Positions 1-8,413 of a stretch of DNA of 64,000 bases are shown here, piece by piece. A model generated the notes under the pieces. It had not been told where the DNA came from and did no database searches. It saw only the letters and a list, made by a program, of their open reading frames with translations. The translations under genes were made by a program, and so were the position numbers. Every line of letters begins with the position of its first letter. Position 1 is the stretch's first letter. Location: assembly GCA_964355275.1 (NCBI GenBank), contig CAYHCB010000001.1, positions 99,424 through 163,423 on the forward strand. The letters are read 5' to 3'. The stretch comes from an uncultured Gammaproteobacteria bacterium (lineage in GTDB: Bacteria; Patescibacteriota; Patescibacteriia; Patescibacteriales; UBA12465).

Positions 1-111
1 TATGAGATTAGGACTTACCATATATAATAAGCTAAAATTAGCATTTTATAAGCATAAAATGAATTACTAACTAATTTTACCGTCTTTATCCTTAAAAAGC
101 AAATAAACGAT

Positions 112-140
112 TTGACAAGTGCCAAAGTATTATGTATTAT
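112..140 (+). promoter_or_regulatory. putative sigma70-type promoter upstream of secE
   Basis: TTGACA (112-117), 17-nt spacer, TATTAT (135-140), about 95 nt upstream of the secE ATG. Confidence 0.4.
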
Positions 141-234
141 TTTACTAGATAAAAAGTGGCCGGCAAGGCTATTTTTAAATTGAGCAATCTTGCCTTATTT
201 TAATAATTAAAGCCACAAAAAAATTAGAAAAGTT

Positions 235-423
235 ATGAACAAACTTACTACTTACATCAAAGAATCAATCGAAGAAATGAAAAAGGTGACTTGGCCTACT
301 AAAAAGGAAACTTATCACTACACCCTTCTTATTATCGGTATCAGTCTAATTATGGCTTTATTTCTAGGCCTGTTAGATTTAGGTTTTAGTGAAGGTATTA
401 AAGCTATCTTATATAAAATTTAA
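235..423 (+). CDS. secE: preprotein translocase subunit SecE
   Basis: 62 aa with a single C-terminal hydrophobic helix and a KVTWP motif. Sits in the conserved position directly upstream of nusG-rplK-rplA. Confidence 0.75.
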   Translation: MNKLTTYIKESIEEMKKVTWPTKKETYHYTLLIIGISLIMALFLGLLDLGFSEGIKAILYKI

Positions 424-498
424 TCTTTAAATAGTACATTAGGAAGTCAACTAGTAGCTTAAATAGCTTTTTAGCATCTTCCACATGTTAGTACCTTT

Positions 499-1044
499 AT
501 GGCCAAGCAACTTTTAAATCAAGGCCGTCGCTGGTATGTTCTTCACACTTATTCTGGGTACGAAGAAAATGTCGCACAAAACTTGAAACAAAGAATCGAA
601 TCTCTCGATATGGAGGATAAGATTTTTAGCATTTTAATTCCTACTGAAAAAAAAGTAAAAATTAAAAATGGTAAAAGAAAAGTCGTTGAAGAAAAAATCT
701 TTCCTGGCTATATTCTAGTAGAGATGATGGTAACTGATGAATCTTGGTATATAGTTAGAAATACTCCAAACGTAACTGGTTTTATTGGTACCGGAACAAT
801 TCCTACACCAATTCGTGAAGAAGAAGTTGAGTCTCTTAAGAAACGAATGGGAGTTGAGGATCCTAAATTTCAAATTGATATCATTATTGGATCACCGGTT
901 AAAATCAATGAAGGTCCCTTTAAAAATATGGAAGGAAAAGTTACCGCTATTGATGAAGCTAAAGGTAAGGTTAAAGTTAATGTTAATCTCTTTGGTCGTG
1001 AAACTCCAGTTGAACTAGACTTTTTACAAGTTAAAAAAATATAA
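499..1044 (+). CDS. nusG: transcription termination/antitermination factor NusG
   Basis: NGN domain (WYVLHTYSGYE), C-terminal KOW (GSPVKINEGPFKNMEGKV) and secE-nusG-rplK synteny. Confidence 0.95.
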   Translation: MAKQLLNQGRRWYVLHTYSGYEENVAQNLKQRIESLDMEDKIFSILIPTEKKVKIKNGKRKVVEEKIFPGYILVEMMVTDESWYIVRNTPNVTGFIGTGTIPTPIREEEVESLKKRMGVEDPKFQIDIIIGSPVKINEGPFKNMEGKVTAIDEAKGKVKVNVNLFGRETPVELDFLQVKKI

Positions 1045-1121
1045 ATAAACGATAAGCTAATTATCATATTAAAAAAACACTTACCGGGGAAAGCTTCTGC
1101 CTCAAATAGTGACAACATTTT

Positions 1122-1550
1122 ATGGCTAAGAAAATAAAAACAAAAATAAAATTACAGATTATTGGTGGCCACGCTAACCCAGCCCCTCCAATCGGTCCAG
1201 CTTTAGGTCAACATGGTTTAAACATCGCTGAATTTTGTCAAAAATTTAATGATGCTACAAAAAATGATAAAATGGGTGATGTCGTTCCAGTAGAAATTAC
1301 TGTTTATGAAGACAGAACTTATGATTTTATCATGAAAACTGCTCCGGCTTCTGAATTAATTAAGAAAGCAGCTAAAATAACGAAAGGTTCTGGTAAAGCT
1401 TTAACTGATAAAGTTGGCTCAATTACTAAAGATCAACTACGTGAAATCGCTGAGAAAAAAATGAGTGATCTTAGCGCTAATTCAATTGAAGCAGCGATGA
1501 ATACTATTGCTGGTACTGCCAGAAATATGGGAGTAGAAGTTAAAGATTAA
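1122..1550 (+). CDS. rplK: 50S ribosomal protein L11
   Basis: Canonical L11 sequence ([22 protein letters not shown]) and synteny. Confidence 0.97.
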   Translation: MAKKIKTKIKLQIIGGHANPAPPIGPALGQHGLNIAEFCQKFNDATKNDKMGDVVPVEITVYEDRTYDFIMKTAPASELIKKAAKITKGSGKALTDKVGSITKDQLREIAEKKMSDLSANSIEAAMNTIAGTARNMGVEVKD

Positions 1551-1564
1551 TAATTTATTATTTA

Positions 1565-1614
1565 TTGTGGGAGTTTTATCTTAAATATTAAAAATTAAAA
1601 CGTCCGCACCACAA
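1565..1614 (+). promoter_or_regulatory. candidate L1-binding translational operator hairpin in the rplK-rplA spacer
   Basis: TTGTGG (1565-1570) pairs with CCACAA (1609-1614). The 5' arm continues GGGAG, and the element ends 7 nt before the SD-less rplA ATG. Confidence 0.3.
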
Positions 1615-1621
1615 AAATTAT

Positions 1622-2365
1622 ATGAAAAAAGAAGAAACAAAAATAGAAAAAAAAGAAACTAAAAAGAAAGTAGCTGCTCCTAAAAAAGTAGTCAAAAAAA
1701 TTAAAAATCTATCAGCAATTTACGAATCAAACAAACCTTACAGTATTAATGAGGCTTTAGAAATTGTTAAAAAAATTACAACTACTAAATTTGACGCCTC
1801 CGTAGAGGTTCATTTCCGCTTAGGAATTAATCCTAAAAAAGGTGATCAACAGGTTCGTGGAGCAGTTTCTCTGCCTCATGGTACTGGAAAAACAGTTCGC
1901 GTAGCTGCCTTTGTAAATCCTGAAAATGAAAAGGCTGCTAAAGAAGCTGGTGCTGATTTAGTTGGTGGTGAAGAATTAATTGAAGAAATTAAAAAAAGTG
2001 GCAAAACAGATTTTGAAGTCGCCGTTGCTGAACCAGCTATAATGAAAAATTTATCTTCAATCGCTAAAATTTTAGGTACTCGCGGTCTGATGCCTTCCCC
2101 TAAGAATGAAACTGTTACCCCAAACGTAGCTAATGCTATTTCAGAACTTAAAAAAGGTAAAATTAGTTACAAAAATGATGACACTTCTAACTTACATTGT
2201 TTAATTGGAAAAGTTAGTTTTGAAACACCAAAATTGGTGGAAAACTTTGCGGCTTTATTGGATAATATCCGAAAAGCTAAACCATCCTCTGCTAAAGGCT
2301 CTTATATTAAGGCTGTTAGTATCTGCTCTTCAATGAGTAAAGGTGTTAAAGTAATAGTTTCCTAA
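1622..2365 (+). CDS. rplA: 50S ribosomal protein L1 (with Lys-rich N-terminal extension)
   Basis: L1 core motifs (FDASVEVHFRLGINPKKGDQQVRG, LPHGTGK) and synteny after rplK. Confidence 0.95.
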   Translation: MKKEETKIEKKETKKKVAAPKKVVKKIKNLSAIYESNKPYSINEALEIVKKITTTKFDASVEVHFRLGINPKKGDQQVRGAVSLPHGTGKTVRVAAFVNPENEKAAKEAGADLVGGEELIEEIKKSGKTDFEVAVAEPAIMKNLSSIAKILGTRGLMPSPKNETVTPNVANAISELKKGKISYKNDDTSNLHCLIGKVSFETPKLVENFAALLDNIRKAKPSSAKGSYIKAVSICSSMSKGVKVIVS

Positions 2366-2392
2366 TTTTAAATCCACTAAGTATATTAAAAT

Positions 2393-2421
2393 AAGCTCCA
2401 TTAATTTGGAGCTTATTTTTT
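2393..2421 (+). terminator. Rho-independent terminator after rplA
   Basis: AAGCTCCA / TGGAGCTT stem with a 6-nt loop, followed by ATTTTTTG. Confidence 0.7.
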
Positions 2422-2423
2422 GT

Positions 2424-2451
2424 AAAAAAGGCTACCTTTTGGCAGCCTTTT
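2424..2451. terminator. hairpin terminator (bidirectional, serves the minus-strand PNP-family gene)
   Basis: GGCTACC TTTT GGCAGCC stem with one mismatch, flanked by an A-run and a T-run. Confidence 0.5.
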
Positions 2452-2470
2452 AAATAATCGGTAAATTTAA

Positions 2471-3283
2471 TTAGACCCGAGAGATAATTTTAATTAAATA
2501 TTTTTTTAAAAATTTTGCTGATTTTTTAGCTCGCGCTAAATTATCTTCATGTGAGTGCGTTTCAAAATGAGTATTAGTAATAAATCCCAGACCAAGAAAC
2601 TCTACGCCGTAGAGAGCGGCAATACAAGCCTCTGGTAGCATACTCATGCCGACAACCTTGGCGCCGCTAGCTATTAATAATTGTTTATCATACCGGCGAC
2701 CCTCAAAAAATGGCCTGCGAAGCATTACATGTCCAGCTTCCTGAGCTTTAAGTTTACCTTGCACGTCAATAGCGATTTTCATCATTTCTTTGCTAAGCGT
2801 ATCATCTGGAGAACAAAACTCTCCTGCCCATAGTGGCATATCCGGGGCATAAACGGTTACAAAACCATCGATAACAGCGATACTACCAACTTCGAGTGTT
2901 CTGTCTAAACTACCGACGGCGCTGGTAACAATTATTTTCTTAACGCCCAATTTAAACAACATCTCAATTTGCAAACGAACTATTCTGGCAATATTTGAAT
3001 TATTAGGCGCCTCATTTAAATGAATACGTCCGCGCAAAACTAAGACCTGCCTACCCAAGATATTACCAAAAAGTAATTGGCGCGCGTGACCATCAAGCTG
3101 TTCTAAATCACTAAAACCAGGAATGTCGGAAAAAGAAATTAAATTGTTGGCAGCGCCGCTTAAAACATCCCAACCGGTACCAAGCACTAAACCAATAGGG
3201 CTCTCTAACTTATTTAACTTGGGAAATTTAAGACGAATAAAATTAGCGGCCACAGTGGCTTCATTTTCTCTTGAATTTTTCAT
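2471..3283 (-). CDS. purine nucleoside phosphorylase / MTAP family protein
   Basis: PNP_UDP_1-type layout (VLGTGW, GHARQLLFG...RGRIHLNE, TSAVGSL, VGMSMLPE). Confidence 0.8.
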   Translation of the reverse strand: MKNSRENEATVAANFIRLKFPKLNKLESPIGLVLGTGWDVLSGAANNLISFSDIPGFSDLEQLDGHARQLLFGNILGRQVLVLRGRIHLNEAPNNSNIARIVRLQIEMLFKLGVKKIIVTSAVGSLDRTLEVGSIAVIDGFVTVYAPDMPLWAGEFCSPDDTLSKEMMKIAIDVQGKLKAQEAGHVMLRRPFFEGRRYDKQLLIASGAKVVGMSMLPEACIAALYGVEFLGLGFITNTHFETHSHEDNLARAKKSAKFLKKYLIKIISRV

Positions 3284-3326
3284 CTTTTATTATTTTAAGG
3301 TTAAGGAACTTTTTCTATAACTTTTA

Positions 3327-3355
3327 ATATTAGTAGTCAAACAGGCAAAAGTCAA
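3327..3355 (-). promoter_or_regulatory. putative promoter of the PNP-family gene
   Basis: Minus strand TTGACT (3350-3355), 17-nt spacer, TAATAT (3327-3332). Confidence 0.4.
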
Positions 3356-3365
3356 ATAATTTTTA

Positions 3366-3393
3366 TTGACAATGCACCGATAAATGTTATAAT
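3366..3393 (+). promoter_or_regulatory. near-consensus extended -10 promoter of the RRM protein gene
   Basis: TTGACA (3366-3371), 16-nt spacer ending TGT, TATAAT (3388-3393). Confidence 0.6.
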
Positions 3394-3513
3394 AATTTTC
3401 GTAAGTATTCTAAAAAATATAGAAGTGTTATCACTTTCTATTTATTAACTAGGAAAAGGTCGTCTTACCTTTTTAAACATAAGTTATTTCCCGCTAAACG
3501 GAGATGACTAAGA

Positions 3514-3780
3514 ATGAAAACCATGAAGAAATTATTTGTTGGCGGACTATCTTGGGGCACTACTGATGAGTCCTTAGCTGCCGCTTTTTCCCAAGCAGGT
3601 GCTGTTTTATCCTCAGTCGTAATTAAAGATAAAATTACCCACCGATCAAAAGGCTTTGGTTTTGTTGAAATGACAAATGACGATGAAGCAGATGCTGCTA
3701 TCGCTATGTGGAACAATCAAGAAATTGATGGTCGCCGTGTTGTTGTAAACGAAGCTCGCCCTCTTGAAAAGAGATTCTAA
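3514..3780 (+). CDS. RRM-type RNA-binding protein
   Basis: RNP2 KLFVGGL and RNP1 KGFGFVEM motifs, 88 aa, GGAG upstream of the ATG. Confidence 0.9.
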   Translation: MKTMKKLFVGGLSWGTTDESLAAAFSQAGAVLSSVVIKDKITHRSKGFGFVEMTNDDEADAAIAMWNNQEIDGRRVVVNEARPLEKRF

Positions 3781-3831
3781 CTTTTTAAGAAAACTTCAGT
3801 CTAAAAAATTCATTGAAAAACATAGCTGAAT

Positions 3832-3870
3832 AAAAAAATACCATCCTCGAAAGAAAATGGTATTTTTTTT
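3832..3870. terminator. bidirectional Rho-independent terminator (RRM gene / iscU convergent)
   Basis: ATACCAT / ATGGTAT stem flanked by A7 and T8 runs. Confidence 0.75.
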
Positions 3871-3882
3871 AAATCTAAAAAA

Positions 3883-4266
3883 TTATTTTGATTTTACTTT
3901 TTTCTCATATTCTTCTATTACTTTCTTTAAACCTTCGGAAGCTAAAATAGAACAATGAATCTTTTGTTTTGGCAGACCACCGAGTTCATCAACAATTTCC
4001 TGCCATTTAAAATTTTTCGCTTCTTCAAGCGTCATGCCTTTAACTCGTTCAGTCATAATAGAAGCGGTAGCAATATTAGAAGCACAACCAAAAGATAAAA
4101 ATTTAATATCTTTAACTTTTCCATCTTTTACTTTTAAAGAAAAAGATAACTGATCGCCGCAAACCATATTACCAACATCGGCCACCGCATCAGGACTTTT
4201 TATTTCACCAATATTTTTAGGATGCAAGAAATGCTCAACTGTTTTTTTTGTATAATTAAGTGACAT
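3883..4266 (-). CDS. iscU: Fe-S cluster assembly scaffold, IscU/NifU U-type
   Basis: Three ligand motifs (VCGD, FGCASNIATAS, IHCSILA), 127 aa, downstream of a cysteine desulfurase. Confidence 0.9.
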   Translation of the reverse strand: MSLNYTKKTVEHFLHPKNIGEIKSPDAVADVGNMVCGDQLSFSLKVKDGKVKDIKFLSFGCASNIATASIMTERVKGMTLEEAKNFKWQEIVDELGGLPKQKIHCSILASEGLKKVIEEYEKKVKSK

Positions 4267-4270
4267 ATAT

Positions 4271-5425
4271 TTATTTTTTAATTGGCGTAAATTTTCGTAA
4301 ACGCGTAACTGTTTTTTTTAATTTTAAGATTGTATAATCAATTTCTTTTTTGCTAGTAAATTTACTAAGAGAAAAACGAATATTACTATTTAAATCATCA
4401 AGTGTCAAACCGATAGCTTCTAAAACATAAGAAGTTTTAAGATTATGGGCACTACAAGCTGAGCCTGTAGAAACGCAAATGCCTTTCATGGATAAATCCA
4501 TTAGAATTGCTTCCCCCTCGATTCGCGAAAATAAAATATTTAAGTTATTAGGCGTTCTGTATTCTAAGCTACCATTTAAACTAACTTCGGGAATTTCTTT
4601 TTTAATTCTAGCCCACATGTAATCTCTTAACTCTCGAACTTTAGATAGATATTCGGTTCTTTCCTGATATGCTAATTCTAAAGCGCTTACTAAGCCGACA
4701 ATACCAGGTAAATTATAAGTACCGGCGCGCAAACCATTTTCCTGCTCACCACCCATAATAAGTGGTTCGATTTTAACCGCTGGATTAACATAAGCTAAGC
4801 CAACCCCCTTGGGACCATGAAATTTATGGGCGCTTAAACTAGCAAAATCTAAACCTAAATCACTAATATCTATCTCTAAATAAGGAATAGATTGAACGAT
4901 ATCACTGTGAAAATAAGCCCCTTTACTATGAACCAATTTAGCGATTGTTTTTAAGTCCTGAATTGTACCAATTTCATTATTTACCGCCATAATTGAAACT
5001 AAAACGGTATCAGGGCGCAACATTTTTTCTAAAGCAATTAAATCAACTAATCCGCTAGGAGTTACGGGAACAATTTCTATTTCAAAACCTAATTTTTTTA
5101 ATTGCTTAGCGCTTTGCAAAACACAAGGATGTTCAATCGATGAAACAATTAAATGTTTACCTTTATCTTGATTAGCTAACATTACCCCTTTAATTATTAA
5201 ATTATTAGCTTCACTGGCACCGCTGGTAAAAACTATACCACGGGCTGGCGCTCCTAATAATTTAGCCACAGTATCTCTAGCTGACTCTAAAACCAAATTA
5301 TTTTTTTGCCCCATATAATGAATGGAGGAGGCATTTCCATAGTCCCCTATTAAATATGGCTTCATATTGGCCAAAACTCTAGCATCAAGCCGAGTGGTGG
5401 CCGCATTATCTAAATATATTTTCAT
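4271..5425 (-). CDS. iscS: cysteine desulfurase, NifS/IscS class I
   Basis: PLP-lysine motif SLSAHKFHGPKG, active-site loop STGSACS, SSIEHP. Confidence 0.92.
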   Translation of the reverse strand: MKIYLDNAATTRLDARVLANMKPYLIGDYGNASSIHYMGQKNNLVLESARDTVAKLLGAPARGIVFTSGASEANNLIIKGVMLANQDKGKHLIVSSIEHPCVLQSAKQLKKLGFEIEIVPVTPSGLVDLIALEKMLRPDTVLVSIMAVNNEIGTIQDLKTIAKLVHSKGAYFHSDIVQSIPYLEIDISDLGLDFASLSAHKFHGPKGVGLAYVNPAVKIEPLIMGGEQENGLRAGTYNLPGIVGLVSALELAYQERTEYLSKVRELRDYMWARIKKEIPEVSLNGSLEYRTPNNLNILFSRIEGEAILMDLSMKGICVSTGSACSAHNLKTSYVLEAIGLTLDDLNSNIRFSLSKFTSKKEIDYTILKLKKTVTRLRKFTPIKK

Positions 5426-5490
5426 AAACTATTAATATTATTATAAGTAATTTTATTATAAAGGATTTATTGGCTTTTGTGGAGAGCCCA

Positions 5491-5529
5491 CAAAAAATAA
5501 AAAACCGAGCCCCTTCTAGAAGCTCGGCT
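5491..5529 (-). terminator. Rho-independent terminator after the cyclophilin gene
   Basis: Minus strand CCGAGC / GCTCGG stem followed by TTTTTTATTTTTT. Confidence 0.7.
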
Positions 5530-5546
5530 CTTATTTCTAAATGAAA

Positions 5547-6290
5547 CTATTTAATAAGTTCAATGCTTTTTACAATAATATCTTGAATTGGTAAATCACG
5601 AGCACCTGTTTCAGCACCTTCTATTTTATTTACAACATCCATACCACTTATTACTTCACCAAAATTAGTATGCTTACCATCAAGCCATGGAGTAGCATCT
5701 AAAGTAACAATAAAAAATTGAGAACCATTAGTTCCTGGTCCAGAGTTAGCCATTGCTAAGCTGCCAGCCACTAATTTATGACTATTAAACTCATCCGCAA
5801 ATTTATAATCTGGACCGCCAGTGCCATAAGCCGCGGTGTCCGCTTTTTTAGTTAAAGGATCGCCACCTTGAATCATAAAATCTTTAATAATTCGGTGGAA
5901 TTTAGTTTCATTATAAAATCCAGACTGGGCTAAGTTCATAAAATTATTAACAGTAATCGGTGACTCTGGATAAAATTTTACTTCAATGTTACCCTGATTA
6001 GTTTTAATAATAGCACCTGAATAATCCTTAAATAAATCTTTTTGGTCCTTTAAAGTTCTTTCCATGTTATTAGTTGCAATAGAACTAGCCCCCGTATTAT
6101 CGGTAGGCGTTAATTCTATTTGATTAATTGAATTAGATTTTTGAGTTAGAGGCACAACTGGCGTTTGAATTAACGAATCGTTGGCCGTCTCATTAACATT
6201 TTCTGATAAATCTTCTTGTTTTTCAGTGCCACAAGCTGATAGGGTTAAAGCTATCGCTAACACTAAAGTGATAGTTAAAATTTTCTTCAT
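5547..6290 (-). CDS. peptidyl-prolyl cis-trans isomerase, cyclophilin type, lipoprotein
   Basis: Lipobox LTLSAC at the N-terminus and cyclophilin motifs ([21 protein letters not shown]). Confidence 0.92.
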   Translation of the reverse strand: MKKILTITLVLAIALTLSACGTEKQEDLSENVNETANDSLIQTPVVPLTQKSNSINQIELTPTDNTGASSIATNNMERTLKDQKDLFKDYSGAIIKTNQGNIEVKFYPESPITVNNFMNLAQSGFYNETKFHRIIKDFMIQGGDPLTKKADTAAYGTGGPDYKFADEFNSHKLVAGSLAMANSGPGTNGSQFFIVTLDATPWLDGKHTNFGEVISGMDVVNKIEGAETGARDLPIQDIIVKSIELIK

Positions 6291-6298
6291 AATAATCT

Positions 6299-7813
6299 CT
6301 ATTTATTTTTTAAATATTTACGTTTTATTTTTTTATCCTCCTCTTCTCTTTTTTCTTCAATTACTTCTTTAGCCTGAACACGTAATTCCTCTAAATCAAA
6401 GTCTTTGAGTTTAATAGCCCGCTCAAGCAAGTATTCTCTAGTGTTTCGTTCAGGGTCTTCTAAAACCTCTGACAAAAGAACATCAAGAACTGCGCCCATT
6501 TTAGGACTTGGTGTCATTTTTAATTCTGACAACAAATCATTACCATTTATACTAAGCATTTTAACAGAAACGGGATCATTTTGCACCTTCTCCATCATAT
6601 ACTGTAAATGCTGTAATTTATAAGGTAAAGCTTTAGGTGTTCCTGAACCGACGCGATCAGCCATCCGCAAATGAATCAAATCTTGTAAATTTTCTCGACC
6701 GACTTTTACAATTAAACGCCGAACAGAAGTAGCCGTTACCTCGCCAACCTGATAATAAAACATATGGTTTTTAACTAAATTAACCACCGTTTCGCTATCA
6801 TCACCAGAAAATTTTAAACGATCCATTATTCGTCTAACCATTTTTGCTCCCACGTATTCATGATTATAAAAAGTGGCAATTCCCCCAATTATTTTTCTAG
6901 TTTTTGGTTTAGCCACATCATGTAACAGCGCCGCCAAACGAACTGTCCATTTAGCACTGGGACAATTTTTAAGAGTTAAAACGTTATGTTCATACACCGG
7001 ATAAATATGGTGACGACTTTGCGCAACGCCTAATCCATCTTCTAGCTCTGGTAAAATATACTGTAACAATTTGCATTCATGAAGCAATCTAATGCCTTCT
7101 GAGGGGTGCGAAGATGAAAGTATTTTAATTAATTCATCACGAATTCTTTCTTTAGATATAAATTTTATACTTCCAGCTAATTTGGTAATTGCCCTTTCTG
7201 TCTTTGGTTCTAATTCAAAATTAAGCTGTGAAAAGAAACGAACAGCCCGCATCATTCGCAAAGCATCTTCTTTAAAACGGAGGGACGGTTCACCAACAGC
7301 CCTGATTACTTTTTTATTAATGTCTTTTTGACCACCAAATAAATCAACTAACAAATAAGATTGACCATCAATAATTAAATAACGACGACCTGGGTCGTTT
7401 TGGATTTTTTCTTCTTCAGGAGTAAGCGCTAAAGCATTTATTGTAAAATCACGACGTTCTAAGTCTTTATCGATTTCTGTTTCAAAAACTATTTCATCAG
7501 GATGACGAAAATCTGAATATCCTTGCTCGCTCCTGTAGGTTGTTATTTCCAGTACGTCAATTAAATCACCCTTTTCTTGCCCCTCAATAAGCTCCGCTCT
7601 AATTGGTACAATAACCGTGCCATATGTATTTTCATATTTGCCACCCACAAAAAGCTGAAGCATTTCTTCAGGCTTGGCGTTAGTAGTAATATCCCAATCT
7701 TTAGGATTTTTCTCCATTAAGAAATCACGGACACAACCACCAACAATATAAGCTTCAAAACCGGCATTTTTTAATTTTTGGATTGCTTCTAAAACGTAAA
7801 TTGGAATAATCAT
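6299..7813 (-). CDS. cca: CCA-adding tRNA nucleotidyltransferase with HD domain
   Basis: PolyA-pol head motif (GGCVRDFLM...DWDITT), RRDFTINA and an HD motif (LLHDVAKP). Both tRNAs in the window lack an encoded CCA. Confidence 0.8.
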   Translation of the reverse strand: MIIPIYVLEAIQKLKNAGFEAYIVGGCVRDFLMEKNPKDWDITTNAKPEEMLQLFVGGKYENTYGTVIVPIRAELIEGQEKGDLIDVLEITTYRSEQGYSDFRHPDEIVFETEIDKDLERRDFTINALALTPEEEKIQNDPGRRYLIIDGQSYLLVDLFGGQKDINKKVIRAVGEPSLRFKEDALRMMRAVRFFSQLNFELEPKTERAITKLAGSIKFISKERIRDELIKILSSSHPSEGIRLLHECKLLQYILPELEDGLGVAQSRHHIYPVYEHNVLTLKNCPSAKWTVRLAALLHDVAKPKTRKIIGGIATFYNHEYVGAKMVRRIMDRLKFSGDDSETVVNLVKNHMFYYQVGEVTATSVRRLIVKVGRENLQDLIHLRMADRVGSGTPKALPYKLQHLQYMMEKVQNDPVSVKMLSINGNDLLSELKMTPSPKMGAVLDVLLSEVLEDPERNTREYLLERAIKLKDFDLEELRVQAKEVIEEKREEEDKKIKRKYLKNK

Positions 7814-7865
7814 ATTGGTTTTATTATACCTGATTTACCAGACTTAAGTCCACACTATATTTTTT

Positions 7866-7899
7866 AATAAAAAAAGGAGGATCTATTGCTAGTCCTCCT
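7866..7899 (-). terminator. Rho-independent terminator about 130 nt downstream of the 85-aa ORF
   Basis: Minus strand AGGAGGA / TCCTCCT stem with an 11-nt loop, followed by TTTTTTTATT. Confidence 0.7.
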
Positions 7900-8026
7900 C
7901 GCAAAAAAATAATAAGGAGAGGTTCTTGTTCTACTGAAAGTCTATAAAGAGATCAGTAATTACCCTTTTAGAGGACCGCTGGTCCTACCTTGATTATTTT
8001 TCTGTTTCTAAAAACATTAATTGTTC

Positions 8027-8284
8027 TTAGGTTTTTGAAAGCGTTGATTTTTTTTCTGTTTTTGCGAACATTTTGTCAACGTTTTCCCGAACCAATTCCT
8101 CATACATTGAGGTAAGTTCGTCTTTTGTAACGCCAAATTCCTTCAACTCGTTGGCGGCGTTACCGATTTTGCGCTGATAATCGGCGCGATTTAATACCAA
8201 CTGTTTACTGGCGATGTCTTTTTTTAACATCAACAGGGCGATTTGTCCTTTTCTCTCTTCTGAGAGTTTCTTATTTTGGCTCAT
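8027..8284 (-). CDS. hypothetical small helical protein (85 aa)
   Basis: ORF with the best SD in the window (AAAGGAGG, 5 nt before the ATG) and its own promoter. No recognisable motif. Confidence 0.6.
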   Translation of the reverse strand: MSQNKKLSEERKGQIALLMLKKDIASKQLVLNRADYQRKIGNAANELKEFGVTKDELTSMYEELVRENVDKMFAKTEKKSTLSKT

Positions 8285-8300
8285 TTAGGCCTCCTTTGTT

Positions 8301-8357
8301 ATAACAAACGGAATTGTTTGTTATTAATATTCTAACATATTAATTAATTTTAGTCAA
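8301..8357 (-). promoter_or_regulatory. promoter (TTGACT-17-TAGAAT) plus perfect 9-bp inverted repeat at the transcript start
   Basis: -35 at 8352-8357 and -10 at 8329-8334 (minus strand). Inverted repeat ATAACAAAC-N6-GTTTGTTAT at 8301-8324, between the -10 and the SD. Confidence 0.5.
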
Positions 8358-8371
8358 ATTTGATTAAATAC

Positions 8372-8400
8372 AAAAAACCACCCCTTCTAGGATGATTTTT
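8372..8400 (-). terminator. terminator after the hydrogenase operon
   Basis: Minus strand ATCATCC / GGGTGGT stem (2 G-U pairs) followed by TTTTTTG. Confidence 0.55.
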
Positions 8401-8413
8401 AATATTCTTCTTA

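Noticed and set aside
162-194. GGCAAG...CTTGCC hairpin followed by TTATTTT between the putative promoter and secE (possible attenuator)
   Set aside because: It has only a 6-7-bp stem, a ~20-nt loop and an interrupted T-run, which is too weak to call.
785-1118. ORF-track entries 785..1018 (+) and 870..1118 (-) inside or overlapping nusG
   Set aside because: They are alternative-frame or antisense reads of a well-supported gene, are low-complexity and carry no motifs. They are shadow ORFs.
3123-3716. ORFs 3123..3320 (+) and 3465..3716 (-), antisense to the PNP-family and RRM genes
   Set aside because: They overlap confidently identified genes on the opposite strand and have no start context or motifs.
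5475-5495. Inverted repeat TTTTGTGG-N5-CCACAAAA upstream of the iscS promoter region (possible Fe-S regulator operator)
   Set aside because: It directly abuts the terminator of the upstream gene and may simply be part of a compound terminator. No Rrf2/IscR-type regulator is in the window to support an operator role.
5510-5519. 10-mer CCCCTTCTAG shared between 5510-5519 and 8381-8390, considered as a possible dispersed repeat
   Set aside because: Only 10 nt are shared, both copies are the loop or arm of ordinary terminator hairpins, and the flanks do not align. A shared terminator-style motif or chance is the likeliest explanation.
6181-7331. ORFs 6181..6372, 6405..6623 and 7092..7331 (+), antisense to the cyclophilin and CCA-enzyme genes
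   Set aside because: Shadow ORFs opposite strongly supported CDSs.
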